A DNA stretch of 64,000 bases from Blastocystis sp. Blastoise (GCA_039096225.1 JBBPEB010000009.1:1178001-1242000); one strand, 5' to 3'; counted from the stretch's first letter, positions 15,872 through 43,554 are shown. The notes: generated by a model from the letters alone, not told the origin. Made by a program: numbers and translations.

Positions 15872-16712
15872 GACTTCTAAACTATAAATACATGAAAATC
15901 ACACCATTCAATGCAATGAAGAAAATATCGTTGAATATATAATGTATGTGTAAAAAATACTTAAAAATAAGATTAAATAGTGGAAGATATCTGAATTATT
16001 CTCAAAAAAGATAAACAAATGGATTATTATTAGAAATAAAAAACTACAACTGTTTTAAAAATTAATCTTGAATAGAGATATTTCATGATTCAATAATAAA
16101 AGAACACAGAAATAATAAAATTTCCCGTGATTATTTTCAAAACAAAAAATAATGTATTCTTTTGTTTTTTATTCTTATTCTAATGATTTTTAAAAATTTC
16201 TTCTGAAATCCATTAATAATATATTCAAGGGCATATATATCATCATTATAAGTTGTTATAAATATCTCCAAACAGCACAATATATTGTTCAGTATACATT
16301 TCATTGACTATTTTCTATAACTTTATATATATATTATACCATTTTCATAAAGCAAAAACAGTAGATTCTCTATTAGCATACATATATCAAACAAAAACAA
16401 AATATTTGATAATTATAATATTTGCTTCTTTTCTCTTATAAAATATAACTATTTTATAACTACATAACTATAAACAAAAATAAAACACATGCAAATGTAT
16501 TAGCATAAATAAAAACTATACAAAATATTTAAATTGTATATAATAATACTAAAATATAAAAATAATAACCTGATGTTTAAAAAAGAAGAAAAAAATAGAA
16601 TAAGATATATGTTTTATTTATAATGAAAGAATTGATAATTATATAACAATGATAGAAAATATAATAATAATAAAAGTTTAAAAAATAAAAATAAAAATAA
16701 AAAGAAAACAGT

Positions 16713-19059
16713 TTAATATACAAATGAATAGTGTCTATCAGTAATAGCTTTTTCAGTAATATTATATACTTTATGCATTATAGAGACATAACCTCCTTCT
16801 ATATAATACTTATACATATCTTCCATAGCTGCTTTCCTAAATAAATAATTCATATATGGTAAAGAAAGACCTTTATAAGCTTTATTCGACTCATATCTGA
16901 ATCTACCAATAGAATGATCTGATCTATATCGATCAGTATGTGTATCAAAAGTTCTCATATAAAAACGAACACTTTCACTTTGACATTCAATCATATTAGC
17001 AGCAGAAAACATTGCATCTTCACCATAAGTATATGTTAATTGTTTAAATCTTAAAAATATTTTTGCATTACTTGGTCTTACCCATAAAAGTTGTGCTACA
17101 TGGTCACAACGATCCTTTAAAACTATATATACTCTTGATTGAAGCCTTTTCTTAAAATATCGATTACGACCACAAAAACGACCCATAATATTCGTATTAT
17201 TTCTATAATGATGATCTGTTAAATTACGATCTTGAATAATAGTCTCTATATTTTCAATAGAATTATCTTTCGAATGTATTTGCATTTTCTTTATATTATT
17301 AATTTCTATAGTATTAGAAGTGGAATTATTGCCTATATATTCAGTAAATGATTTTCCTTGTTGTACAGCATTATAAATAGCATTAGAGATTTGTTTATTT
17401 ACAGGATACGAATGAGGAGGAGGAGGAAATATAGAATAAAGATGAGAAGCATTAAAAGGACTATGAACTTCTTTATACATTTCTTCTTGTAATTGATTCA
17501 ATACAAATCGTTCTCGTAGCACATAATCATCATCCATATATACAGCATAATCGACATCAAATAAAGAAGAGAAGAAATATTTACCATGAAATTTAGAATT
17601 CCAATTACTACACCATACATGATATATAGGATTTGCTGTTATATTAAATATACTTTGATTTAATTTCATTAAGTGACTATTTTGATATAATAATATAAAT
17701 TTAGGTATAGCCCATTGAATTTGAATACTATTGATTGTTTTCTCGACATAAGGTCGACGATAAACAGCTATAGTAACAGCAAGAGTCTTTTCATCTGAAA
17801 CATACGGTTTGCATTTAAATAAATAAGGAATAGTATCATAATGAGGAGGAGATTCTAATATATGTTTATCAAATGAATTATAAGTAAAGAATAAAGAATC
17901 TTCTTTTATAAATATAGGTAAATAATCCATAACATCGATTTCTCCTTTACGAATAGAACTATAAGAATAAAGTTTACGTACAAGAGCTTGAGAAGTTAAT
18001 AAGCATCCACTTAGTTTATGTAATGAATTAGAAAAAGTAGAAGATGAACAAGAGAAGAAAGTTAATTCATGATTTTGTATTTGTGTTAATGTAGTATCAA
18101 TCCATTCAGGAGTAATTTGTTGTCGTTGAGAATCAGTTAATGTATATTCATCAAGATAAAGAATAAAATCAGCAGGTAAGAAGATAGAATACATAAAAGC
18201 AACATGATCTGATTCATCATAATTTTGTAATACACAAAAAGGAAAAGAAAAAGATTTACAAGGATTATCATGGTAATCAAGAGATTTCCCTTTCTCATAA
18301 GGTGTATATCGTATAATATAAATTTGACTTCTATAAAATTTATTAGCATATAATAAAGATAAAGATAATATAGATTCAGTAATATTCTTTGCACGAATTA
18401 CAATAACAAATTTTGGAAGCATCGATAAAAACGACTTTGCAAATTGTTTATTTATTTCAGAAGGAAGTGTTCTTGAAGAATTAGTTTGTTTTATAGTAGT
18501 AATAGATTTACTTGATTGAATAGAGGAAGAAGTATTTGATGATGATAATGATGAGAATAATGAAGAAATATTTGATGGAGGAAAAATCTTTCTTTCAATC
18601 AATGGCTCAGTAACATTTTTCTGAATAGATACTCGCTCTGATTTAGTATTATTGTAATTTGTAGTGCTCACATTTGTAGTTTTGTTTGATAAAGATGATT
18701 TCATAATTGAAATGACAGACATTGTTTGATTAATTAATTTAGAACTGGGAAATAAAGGTTTTGACATATTTTTCTGTATCTGTATATTTGATTGATTCTT
18801 ATTTTCAAACAGTTTTAGCGATAAAATGAATGATGACAATTGATCATAGTTTTTCGCAACTATATTCAATATATATATTATTATATAATATACATGAGTT
18901 ATTGTTTGGTTGATTAGTAACATTTTTGAACTGATCTATTGATAGAGTATCATTACTTCTGATAATTGTTAACAAAAATGGTGGAAAGTTCTTAAAAATC
19001 TTAGGCAAAACACCAATAGATATGCACACAATGATTAAAAGATTTAAAAAACTCTTCAT
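16713..19059 (-). CDS. Type II membrane/secreted GT-A-fold glycosyltransferase-like protein
   Basis: Exon 1 has a hydrophobic anchor (MKSFLNLLIIVCISIGVLP), followed by one intron and a Ser/Thr-rich stem. Motifs AVTIAVYRRP, DxD-type YMDDDYV and YGEDAMFS. Confidence 0.6.
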
Positions 19060-19902
19060 TGACAATAAAAATTAACTTAATTTTATGAAAAACAGAAAAT
19101 GGATGAAATCTTTTTCAGTTACTGACTTAAATTTTTGGGGTTTTTCTTTTTTTTTGATATTCTTCTTGTCATATATTTTTTTTAAATCTATAATTTGTTT
19201 TTAAACTTGATATTAAAAAAATATTCATTTTATTATTTGTATGAACATCTAATAGCTTGTCTTTTGTAGAAACTAATCGATAGTAATAATGAATAGTATT
19301 ATTATTTCATCTTTTTGAATACTAAATATATATATATATATATATTTAAGACTAGAATCTGTAGCTTCTTTTATTTATATGCATTTAATTTTCAGCAAGT
19401 GATTTATCTAGTTAAAGTTGTTTATATGTGTATTTATATATCAAGTAACATTTAAATAATAGAATGAAAACATTCATTGTATTAAAATCATTGGAATTCA
19501 CTTGACAAAGACAATGTATATACATTTTTGAGTCAAATATTATTTCTATTACTTAAAAATATATTTTGATAAATCAAGAATAGTTTATTTTAAATGTAAA
19601 ATAAAGTATATGTATCCAATAAAGATATGTCAGAACTATTGAGTCAAAATGAACAAAAATTAAATAAATACTTGTGTTTATACTAACAAAAACAAAAATA
19701 AAGCATAAATATAGAAATAGAGAAGCTACAATATATGTAAAAACAAAAAGAAAAAAAGCAATCATAATGATATAAATATTAATAAAATGATTCAATATAT
19801 ATAAAACATTAAAATGAATACAAATAAAAGAAAATAGACAAAAAAATTATAGAGTAAGAATATAATATGACATTTAAAAAAATATATATATATTTATATA
19901 TA

Positions 19903-25515
<5,613 letters not shown>

Positions 25516-25837
25516 GATCTACATATATATCATGTAACTGTAAATAGGATATAAATATATACAAACTCTAATCAAATACTACTTAAACAAAAATAAGAGA
25601 AAGATGTTTTTTTTTGATAAAAATTAATTGTTCACTATTTTCAAAAAACCACGGGATTACGAGAAACATTGGGAGAAAAAGGAGAATTTAACGGATTGAA
25701 GGAAGAGAGAATTATTTTCAGTATGTTTCAGAGATAACTGAATTGTTTTATATAAGTCTGAAATATAGTGAACAAGAAACAGAAATATTTTATGGGAATA
25801 CTAACGTTTTTAATAGAATTTTTAATAAATCGATTCA

Positions 25838-28440
25838 ATGAAACCAATAAGTTATTATAAGAATATATTTGCTAACGTATGTAAAACCAGTGGGTATACT
25901 ATCAAAACTGCATGGTTGAATTCGGAAAGTAAGATAAGTTTTTAACGATTCTGTTTATTTTTTGTAGATGAAACGCTTATAACTTTAGAGAATTGTTTAG
26001 ATATTGAAAAATGCTCAGGGAGTAGTCGATTATGTACTAGAAAAATAGATAATGAAAAGAAATCTCTTGAAATTGTGTCTGCAAACAATGATTTAACTGG
26101 GATTCGTATGATAAAATATTCAAAAGATATGAGTGCCTATATCTACGTATATATGATATTTTTGGTAATACTATTAACATGTATAGATGACAAATAGTCA
26201 TTTTTTATTCTATAATAAGGAGAACAAAATGAGTTCAGTTGATTATAGTGCTGTTCATAATCAGGTTTATACTGATGGACCTTTTTCAGGTTTCGATTGG
26301 AATGAAAAGAATAATGAAATCATGTAAATAGATTTATTTTTTTATTCTCTATGTTTTTTTTTTAATAATTCTAAATATCTTTTAGTTTATTATATTTCTA
26401 TACATATACATATGTATGATAATATATATAGATATATTGCAGAACCAACTGAAAAAGATCGAAGAGAAATCATGGAAATAAATGTATTTATTTTTTATTA
26501 TTCATAATAATTTATAACAATGATTTTTTAATAATATATATATTTTTTTAATATTCATGGTAATTATAGGATTCTTTGTATGATCATTATGATATTTCTT
26601 CTTGGGGCGAAGGATATGATTCAACATTTATTCCTTCTCTTTATATACTATATAATATATATACATGTCCTGTAATACAAGTATAGATATTATAATTTTA
26701 TTTATATAAAAATTCTTGTATTACTATTATTCTCTATATTTTTTATATGTTATTTTTATAAATATTCTTTTATCGTTATTATGCTCAGTATCTTTTATAT
26801 ATTATTAATATATATTATATATTATATATATAGATGATTCATAATGTATTACCTGTTTCACATGGTCAATGTTTTTATATACCTCAATATAATCCTCAAA
26901 TCCCTCATTCTGTTGAGAATATTTGTTATTCAGAACTACAAAATGTGTCTATTCTTAATTCTCCTATTCATTCTATAAATAATAATAATTATGAAAATAT
27001 TGAGAAATACATCGGAGTCGTATGTTATCCCCGTGAAACTCCTTATGGAATGATGCACTGTTTTCAAAGACAATCTGAAATATATATATATGGAATTAAT
27101 AAAGAAAACTCAGTTATATATAAAGAAAAAATATCTTTAGATTGTGAGATCGCTTATTCCCCGCGAATATCTCCTGATCATAATTATATTGTATATTTAA
27201 GTAAACCTAAATCTATATATATAAATGAAAGTGGTTCTATTCTTCAATTATATAATCTTCAAACACATGTAATTATTATATATTTATTTTATTATTATAT
27301 TTATTATAATCATTATTATTCTATTTATTTTCTTATTTTATACTAATAATTATTATTATATAGACAACATCTACACTTTTATCTTTATGTGAAGATCCTA
27401 AACCAAATGAATTCCCAGGGTTATTTTGCATGGAATTACCCTATTCTCCATGGTCAACAGATTCTCAATATCCAAATATATATTTATATAACTATTTATA
27501 TATATATTTATATATAACTATTTCTCATGAATTAAATTTATTATAAATTTAAATATATCCTTAATTTATTGGTTTTTACATCTCTCTATATAAATACTGT
27601 AAATAAAAGTGTTATTAGTATATTACATATTAATATTAATCATCCTCTATATACATCGGCTAATTCTATTCCTCATTCTCTTACTAATAATATATCTATT
27701 CCTGTTTCTTCTTCTTCTACTCTTTCTTCTTCTTCTACTCTTTCTTCTCCTACTACTCTTTCTATTCCTATTTCTTCATGTATATATAATTCTAATGAGA
27801 AAGCTAGTTATGAATACTTATTATATACACAACAAGGAATTCTTGTAAAATATAGGTATATTATATCATATATATCTATTATAAATAACTTTATTTTTCT
27901 ATATATTAAATAGTTCTACTATAATTGTATTATTATATATTATCTTCTATAATATTACTATATATATATAAATATATATATATATAGTACTCCTTCTTAT
28001 CCTTCTACATTAATGATTCTTGACCCCTTATCCGGTACTATTCTATATAAAGATCAAGAAGAACAAAGTATTCCCACGGAAATTCAAGATATGTATTGGG
28101 ATATTCTCACAATTCCCACGAAAACGTATTCTATGAATATGTATATCTATATTCTAATATATAAATTATAGCAGTTACATAGATTATATATTAATTATAA
28201 ATACACAATAATAGCATTTTTCTATATTCCTTTATATATATATATTTCTAGTCAGTCCAATCAAACATTTGAGTCCACAATTCTAATCCCTCAGTTAGAT
28301 CCCTCAAAACTATCGGATTATTCAACGAAATCAACCAATAAAATACCTCTTCTTCTTTGGTTACATGGAGGACCTCATCGTAGTTTCCCCGCGGTTTTTG
28401 ACATTATTACAAATTATTATGTAACACTTGGGTATATATA

Positions 28441-28471
<31 letters not shown>

Positions 28472-29605
28472 TTATATTATTAATATATATTTATATTATT
28501 ATTACATATTTATACGTATACTATTACTATGAATATGTTTATAACGTTTTATATAAAGTTATGCAGTATTAATGATTAATTACCGCGGTTCTTTTGGATA
28601 TGGAGAAGGCAATATTCATAGTTTAAGTGAGAAATCTGGAGAATTAGCTTTAGAAGATATATATAGTAGTCTTGAAGAAATACAGAAAAAGCATGATAAT
28701 AATGAGATTTATTATAAGGATATAGATTTCAATCGTATATATATACAAGGAGGTAGTTATGGAGGGTATATTGCTTCTTTAATTATAGGGAAAAATCCTA
28801 GTCTTGCTAAAGTATATTCATTTATTTAATAATATAAGAATAGTTCTATAGTCATATGGATATAGATTTCATTATATAATTATATTTAGATAGATTTATA
28901 AAAATAGATTTATTAATTAAGAATATTTATATATATATTAGGAAAATTATTCATATCTCTTTATTTTTATTTTAGTGCGCTTATTTACGAAATCCAGTTA
29001 CAAATATGGTGAATATGATTGGATGCACCGATATGCCTGAATGGTGTCTTGTCGAATCAGGTTGCTGTATTACACGTGGATATTCTGTAGATTCCCGTGG
29101 GAATATTAATGTTTTAACTAAACCCTCTTCTATGTTACAAAAAGCTATTGATATTCAACAAGGTAATTGTATATATACAAAAGAAGATATTGAAAAGATG
29201 TATAATTGTTCTCCTATTGCTTATGCTGATCAAGTATATATAAATAATTATTATATTTATTATTAATTTATATTATCCAAATTTTTAGTACATCAATTCT
29301 TTTTTATAAAATTTTATTTTTTTTATATATTATTATATTAGGTCAAATGTGGTGTTCTATTGGCATTAGGAGGAAAAGATCGAAGAGTTCCAAAGAATAT
29401 TGGTCGTGAATTTATTCATATTGTTGAAAAGAACAACAAAGATACGTTGTATGTTTTCTTATTTATTTATGATCATTTTCTTGTTCTCATATTTTATATA
29501 TACAGGACTTTATTTTATCCTAATGATGGTCATACACTTCGTTCTCCTCTTGCAACAATCGATGGGTATACAATCTTTGCTCAATTCATGGATAATCATC
29601 CTTAA
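25838..29605 (+). CDS. APEH: Acylamino-acid-releasing enzyme-like serine peptidase (S9C)
   Basis: LWLHGGPH, INYRGSFGYG, nucleophile GGSYGG, RNPVTN, DRRVP (Asp), YPNDGH (His). Multi-exon; ATG 25838 is the likely start. Confidence 0.85.
27468..27579 (+). other. U12-type AT-AC intron (112 nt) in APEH
   Basis: 5' ATATCCAA, branch-like TCCTTAAT at 27558-27565, 3' TTTTAC. Removal gives WSTDSQ-SLYINTV in frame. Read-through hits a stop. Confidence 0.85.
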
Positions 29606-29917
29606 AATGATTTTATATTGTTTTATTTGTGTAAGAATTTATGTTTCATTTATATATATATTAACAATTGTTTTTTTTTGTATCATTGTATTTCTTGTTA
29701 AAGTTTTTTCATTGAAAAGATATAATACACAGTGTTTTAAAAATATACAAAGAATTATTTATTACATTTATCAAAAGATTGTAGTCAAAATTTATATAAA
29801 AAAAGACAATAAAAATTCATCAACTTTAAGACAAAATAAGCGAATGAATGAAAGCCCGCCAGAAATTGTATATTTATTTTTATTTTTAAGATTGATTAGT
29901 TGCGTTAATTAGGCAAT

Positions 29918-30758
29918 ATGGCAAAGAAAGGTTTATCAGCAGATGAAAAGAGAACAAAAATCGTTTCAGCGCTTGCTGCAACAAAAGGTATATACAATAT
30001 GAAGGAGCTTGAAAAGATAGGAAAGGAACAGGGAATTTGTATATTTAATAATTTAGGAATATGTTTATATGAATTTAGCTCCTATGATTATTAAAGATGT
30101 TATTCAAGGTTGTTTAGATGATGACTTATTGATGTCTGAGAAGGTAGGCACTCAGACCTTATATTGGACATTTCCCAGTACAACCTATGTTACAGTAAAT
30201 AATAAATATATAATAATTTTTTTTTGAATCATTATTTTTTTTGTTTTGATTTTATTTTATTGTTTATTCATATATAAATAGAAAAAACGAAGATTAGAAG
30301 AAACAGAAACAAATATAGCTTCTCTTTCAAAGGAAGTAGAATCATTAGAACAACAAGTTTCTCAAGAAAAAGCATCAAAACAAGAAACTGTATAGTTATT
30401 ATTGTTTTTAGTATCATTTATAGTTATTATTTATATTTATTTTTATTTATTTTTATTTATTTTTATTCATTTTTATTTATTTTTTATAAAACTTTCTCAT
30501 AAATAGAATTATATGTTATTTTAATTATAAAATATATATAATATTTAAAAAACTATATATAAATATAGGAAGAAAGAATTCAGATGCTTCAAGATTATGC
30601 TGAGTTGTCTGAAAAGCATAAGCAATTAACCGCGGAAGTCGGATCGTTAAGAGAACGTGATCCAGAAACTGTCTCTTTAATGAGTATATATATATAGTAT
30701 TATATATTATTATTACTATTATTGTTATTATTATTTTGTGAATAAGACTAATAGAATC

Positions 30759-30819
<61 letters not shown>

Positions 30820-30864
30820 GAAAAGCAAATAAAGGATTCTGTTGATGGTGCTAATAGATGGACT

Positions 30865-30915
<51 letters not shown>

Positions 30916-31091
30916 TAATTATGATAACAAAAATATAATCTCATACTATATAATAATAATTATTATTATATATAGATAATGTATGGACATTAAAGAGTTA
31001 TATAGTTCGTAAATATGGATATAATTCTAAAGATGTTGATAATATGTTAGAAATACCAAGTGATTTTGATTATATAGAATATAAACCATAA
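29918..31091 (+). CDS. MND1: Meiotic nuclear division protein 1
   Basis: MAKKGLSADEKR, YNMKELEK, IKDVIQGCLDDDL, EKVGTQTLYWTFPS, ANRWT|DNVW, EIPSDFDYIE. Six exons; absent from the ORF track. Confidence 0.9.
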
Positions 31092-32181
31092 TATATATAT
31101 ATATTTGTTTTTCATGTATTATATTGTTAATTTTTTTATAGTTATTATATACATTGCTGTCAAAATATACTTGTTGTTTCTTTGCTTTATATAAATTAAA
31201 ACATATATATATGTATAATTTTGTGTATAACAATATTACTTTCCAAATATAATTAAAGAGTCACAATATTTAAAAGTTTTATTTTATTAGTTGATATAAT
31301 TCTCTAGAGTATTTAAATGAAAAGTAGTTCGATATTTTGTGAAAAATCAAATAATAGATTATGATAACAAAACTATAAAAAAAGAATATATGTATATTTA
31401 CATATAAGAAAATAAAGAATAGTAAACATAAAAGATAGGATAATATCAAGAATATAACATGATAAAGAAAAACAATATATCAATAAGAAAAGAGAAAATT
31501 ATAAAATAATCGATATATTGATTTAAATATCATATATTATTTAATAAATAAAAGAAATGATTAGTAATAATAGTATTACTAATAAAAAAATAATTATATT
31601 TGTAAAAAAAACACATATACATAATAATCTTGTTTAAAAGAATATAATTTTTGTTAAATTATGAAAAAATTAAAAATTAAAAAATTAAAGAAATCAAAAT
31701 AAAAAATGAAAATTAATAAAAAAAAGACAAGTTAATATATATACTAGCAAGTCAAGAACTACTATATATAAATATATTATAATATATTTATAAAAATGAA
31801 GAAAATAATTTATTAGAATATATATTACTAGAAAATAAAAAAGATAAAGAAAAAATAAAATAAATATACAATTTAAAAAAAATGAAAAATGAAAAATGAA
31901 AAAGAAAAATAGAAAATGAAAATGAAAATAAAAAAATAAAAATGAAAAATGAAAAAGAATATATAATTCATAAAATTAAAATGAAATTATAAAGATATTG
32001 TCTATTATTATTTAATATATATATGTTAAATAACAAGAAAAATAAGAAATATATTTAAATACAAAGAATTAAAAAATATATATAAACATATTTAATAAAA
32101 TAAAAATTTATAAATAAAAATAATATAGTAACTATATATATAGATAATTATGAATCTAAAAGACCTTGTTTTAAATAAATA

Positions 32182-39717
<7,536 letters not shown>

Positions 39718-41612
39718 CCTCAATAAATTGTATTCTTAATGTGAAAACAAGATAAAAAGTAATAAAGATTAATCAAATACTCTTTTCATAAACGACATTC
39801 CCATAAATATTTCTTATTTCTTCTTAGCCAATAATAGGCTATTTTCATACGAATATCCAATGAAAACTGATTGTTTCTTTTTTCTACAAATAACTACGCG
39901 TCATTTCCATATTTTTCGGCAAATAATTAAAACACAGTTAATGAATGAAAATATAGAGTAACACAGAAGCTATTTATGAGTAAAGTTCATGAGTCTGTCT
40001 TGCATATACGCTTTCATTTATTTGTATATATATAGATATATATATTTAGTGTTACTTATTTTAAAAATCCTTTGATAATACAGCTCATATCAATAATTAA
40101 TGATGTGATGAGTAACTCATATAGTCTTTAACATATATACTAACAAAACTTATAATATAAACGACATTGAGTGGCTAATAATTCTATAAATCAATTTTTT
40201 TTGTTTTTATAGATTGAAACAAATGAAAACTGACTGTTTTGAAAAGCTAGAAAGTGATTGGTTAATAACGAATAGAACATCTTTTCTTCTTCTTTTATGA
40301 AATCCCGATTATTTTAATTTCTTCAGTGGATATAAAAGTTAATTCTTGTTTTCAATTTTTTTGTAATTCAATATCATGTGGACATTATTCTCACAGTCTC
40401 TCCTCACTTTTCTTTTGTTTCTCATGAATTAGTTATTATCTCAATCCTATATTCTAGAATTATCAAGAAACTATCGTCTTCACTCTATATATATTTCGCT
40501 TTTTCTAAAAAAACATAACATTTGAAAACTTCTCTTTGTTGAAAATGAACCTATTTCTTCTTAATTAAAAGGTTATTAGTTCAGATAATCAAAATATACA
40601 TATATATATTTACATAATTAAAACTATTTTTAAAATATTGAATAAATTGACGTCTGGGACTTGTTGGTACTTTAGTGGAATTCGTTTATTAAAGGATATC
40701 TAAAGAATTCTCAAACACTATATATATTTTGAAATGATATATGCGAATATTTTGGATAGTAAATATAAAATATATAATTTTGTGTTATACCAAGTATTTA
40801 TATTTAGAATAAATGCTAATTGATGAGTGAAGACAAAATGTAATTAATAAATATTTTGTTGTCATAAACTAATTTAGTATTCTAAGCATAAATATATGTT
40901 TATTTTGTCTGGACATAATTTTGTAGACTGTTATTTTGAGTATATAAGAAATTTTAAAAATAAATATTTCTCAATAAGTATTCTTTTCGATAGATTAAAT
41001 GTTTTCACAAGATATTTTGATATACCCTATTATTTTAAAATGTAGACAATTATAAAATATATATTTTGAGATATTTATAAGATTAATTTTATAATAAGTT
41101 TTTCGTTATCATTGTAATAATTCATATTTTAGTAAATATATGTGACTGCTATTGTGATAAGGAAGTGAAATGTATGATAATATCAAAAAAGAGAAATGTT
41201 GAGATGAAATGCTCTAATAAAAAAAGATGTAAAATCAATTAGATATATTCGTTAGACTCTGAATAACATAAAAATGATTTTATTTTGAATTTAAAAAATA
41301 TAAATCTATTAATATATTGAAATAATTGATTGCAAATAGTTTTATAATATTACAAAAATTTTCTTATGACAAAATGAATTTTTCAAAAAAAAAAAAAATT
41401 AAAAAAAAAGCACAACAACTCTATTTTTATAGATTTCTATACTATGTTTTAGAAACAAGTATATAGTAGAAATAAAAAATTAAGAAAGGAATTGAACAAC
41501 AATATACAACACATAAAAAAAGTAACTAAACATGAATATATATTTAAAAAAGAAAAAGTTAATAGAAAATTATTTCTATTAAGAGCTCATATAAATGTGA
41601 ATTTTAATTACT

Positions 41613-43321
41613 TTATTCTTCAAAGATTTGTGATACAGATTGTTTAGAATGAATAGCACGAATACAATTGGCAAGAAGAGGAGCAACAGATAAAGTAATA
41701 ATCTTTTCATTTTCACGAGAAGCAACAGAAAGAGGAACAGTATTTAAGACAACAACTTGTTCAAGGACACTCTTAGTAATATTATCATTAGCATTCTTAG
41801 AGAAAACACCATGAGAAGCAAAAGCGAAAACACGTTTAGCACCAGATTCTCTGAGTTTCATAGCAGCTTTACATAAAGTACCAGCAGTATCAATCATATC
41901 ATCAACAATAACACAATCACAACCAGATACACTACCAACTAAATCCATTTGTTCAATTTGGCCAGGTTTACCTCTTTGTTTAATAATCATAGCAAGACCA
42001 GATTCTATTTGTTTACGAGCTAAACCTTCTCTGAATTTCTTAACTCTATAAACACCACCAGCATCAGGAGAAACAATAACAGGGTTTTCAAGTTTAATTT
42101 GATTAGAGAAATAATCAACACCAACAACACCACCTTGAAGATTATCTACAGGAACACGAGGTCCAAAGAAACCTTGGAATAAATAAATAAATATAATAAT
42201 AGTAATATAATACTATAATAATATATATATATATATATAGATACTTGAATTTGACCACAGTGGAGATCAACAGCAACAACTCTATCGACTCCCATAGACT
42301 CAAGGAGACGAGCTACATCAGCAGCAGAAATAGGAACACGACTAGTCATCTATATATATATATAATAGTATATAACATTTGATTTTTAAAAATAAAACAA
42401 AATTAAAATATTGAAAACAAATACAATATTAACAATAAAATAAAAAATTAAACATACCTTTCTATCTTGTCTAGCATAACCATAATAAGGAATAACAGCA
42501 GTAATCTTACGAGCAGAAGCACGTCTTACAGTAGAGATCATAAGCATTAATTCCATAAGGTTATCGTTAATATTAGGAGGACAAGTAGATTGAATAATAT
42601 AGATATCCTTTCCTCTAACAGGTTCATTAATATTGACATTAACTTCACCATCAGCATAACGAGAAACACTACAGTTACCAAGTTTAATACCAAGTTCAGT
42701 GCAAATTTCTTCAGCTAATACACGATTAGAATTACCAGAGAAAATTCTGAGGTTAGATTTTAAGGCACCTATGAGAAATAGGTATATATATATTAAAAAT
42801 ATAGAATAATAAAAAAATAATAATAATAAGCAATAAAACAAAAGCAAAACACACGCACACAAATAAACAAAAAATAAATAAATAAATAACAGAACTCAAG
42901 GATTTAAATAAATAAAAAAATAGCAATGACACACTGTTAGAGATGGAAGCAGAATGTTTTTTGGTAATTTCAGAAACAGAAACCTAAACAAATAAGTATA
43001 ATAAATAGAAAAGTGAAAAAAAACTTACAGAGTCTTCATTAGCGTAGGCATTAGAGAAGGCAGTATAACCAGCAAAAGTGGCAGCAGCAAAACCAGCAGC
43101 TCCCTATATAAGAGATTTGAATAAAAAATGAAAAAAGAAACGAATTTTTATAAATAAACTAACAAAACGATGATTTGAAATAAAGAAGATTCTATAAATA
43201 CAGCAAGAAGAAGACCAAAGTTATTTTGATTAGTCTTCGTTGAAGAGACAACATTACGAGTTAAAAACTTAGAGGAGTTAAAACCCATACGCATAACCTT
43301 AGCAGCACATCTGTTAAACAT
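41613..43321 (-). CDS. PRPS: Ribose-phosphate pyrophosphokinase with N-terminal organelle-targeting-like extension
   Basis: [26 protein letters not shown]|[23 protein letters not shown]. Six exons; ATG 43321 ([14 protein letters not shown]). Confidence 0.95.
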
Positions 43322-43465
43322 GGCTTAAAATTCTGGTATTTAAAAGTCTACAAAGAAATAGAGTCTATGTTTTGATTCAACAAAAACAAAGGTAAAGAGG
43401 AACAGTTCCTATTTTGCCCCAAGAATATTTATCAACTACTTGAATATAAAGACCAAGGAGATTAA

Positions 43466-43554
43466 CCAATAGAATTGCTGACATTTATTCTTGAAATAAA
43501 GACTGGTCAAAAAAGTAAAGTCCATTCATTTCTCTATTTCTAGAATTCTATTGG
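43466..43554. promoter_or_regulatory. Inverted CCAAT-box pair in the divergent PRPS/SCS-alpha promoter
   Basis: CCAATAGAATT (43466-43476) and its exact reverse complement AATTCTATTGG (43544-43554) lie in a 388-bp head-to-head spacer. Confidence 0.5.

Noticed and set aside
39720-41600. 1.9-kb gene-free stretch as a possible ncRNA or mobile-element locus
   Set aside because: I could not support any ORF, terminal repeat, tRNA fold or paired snoRNA boxes by eye; it would need an Infernal/Rfam search.
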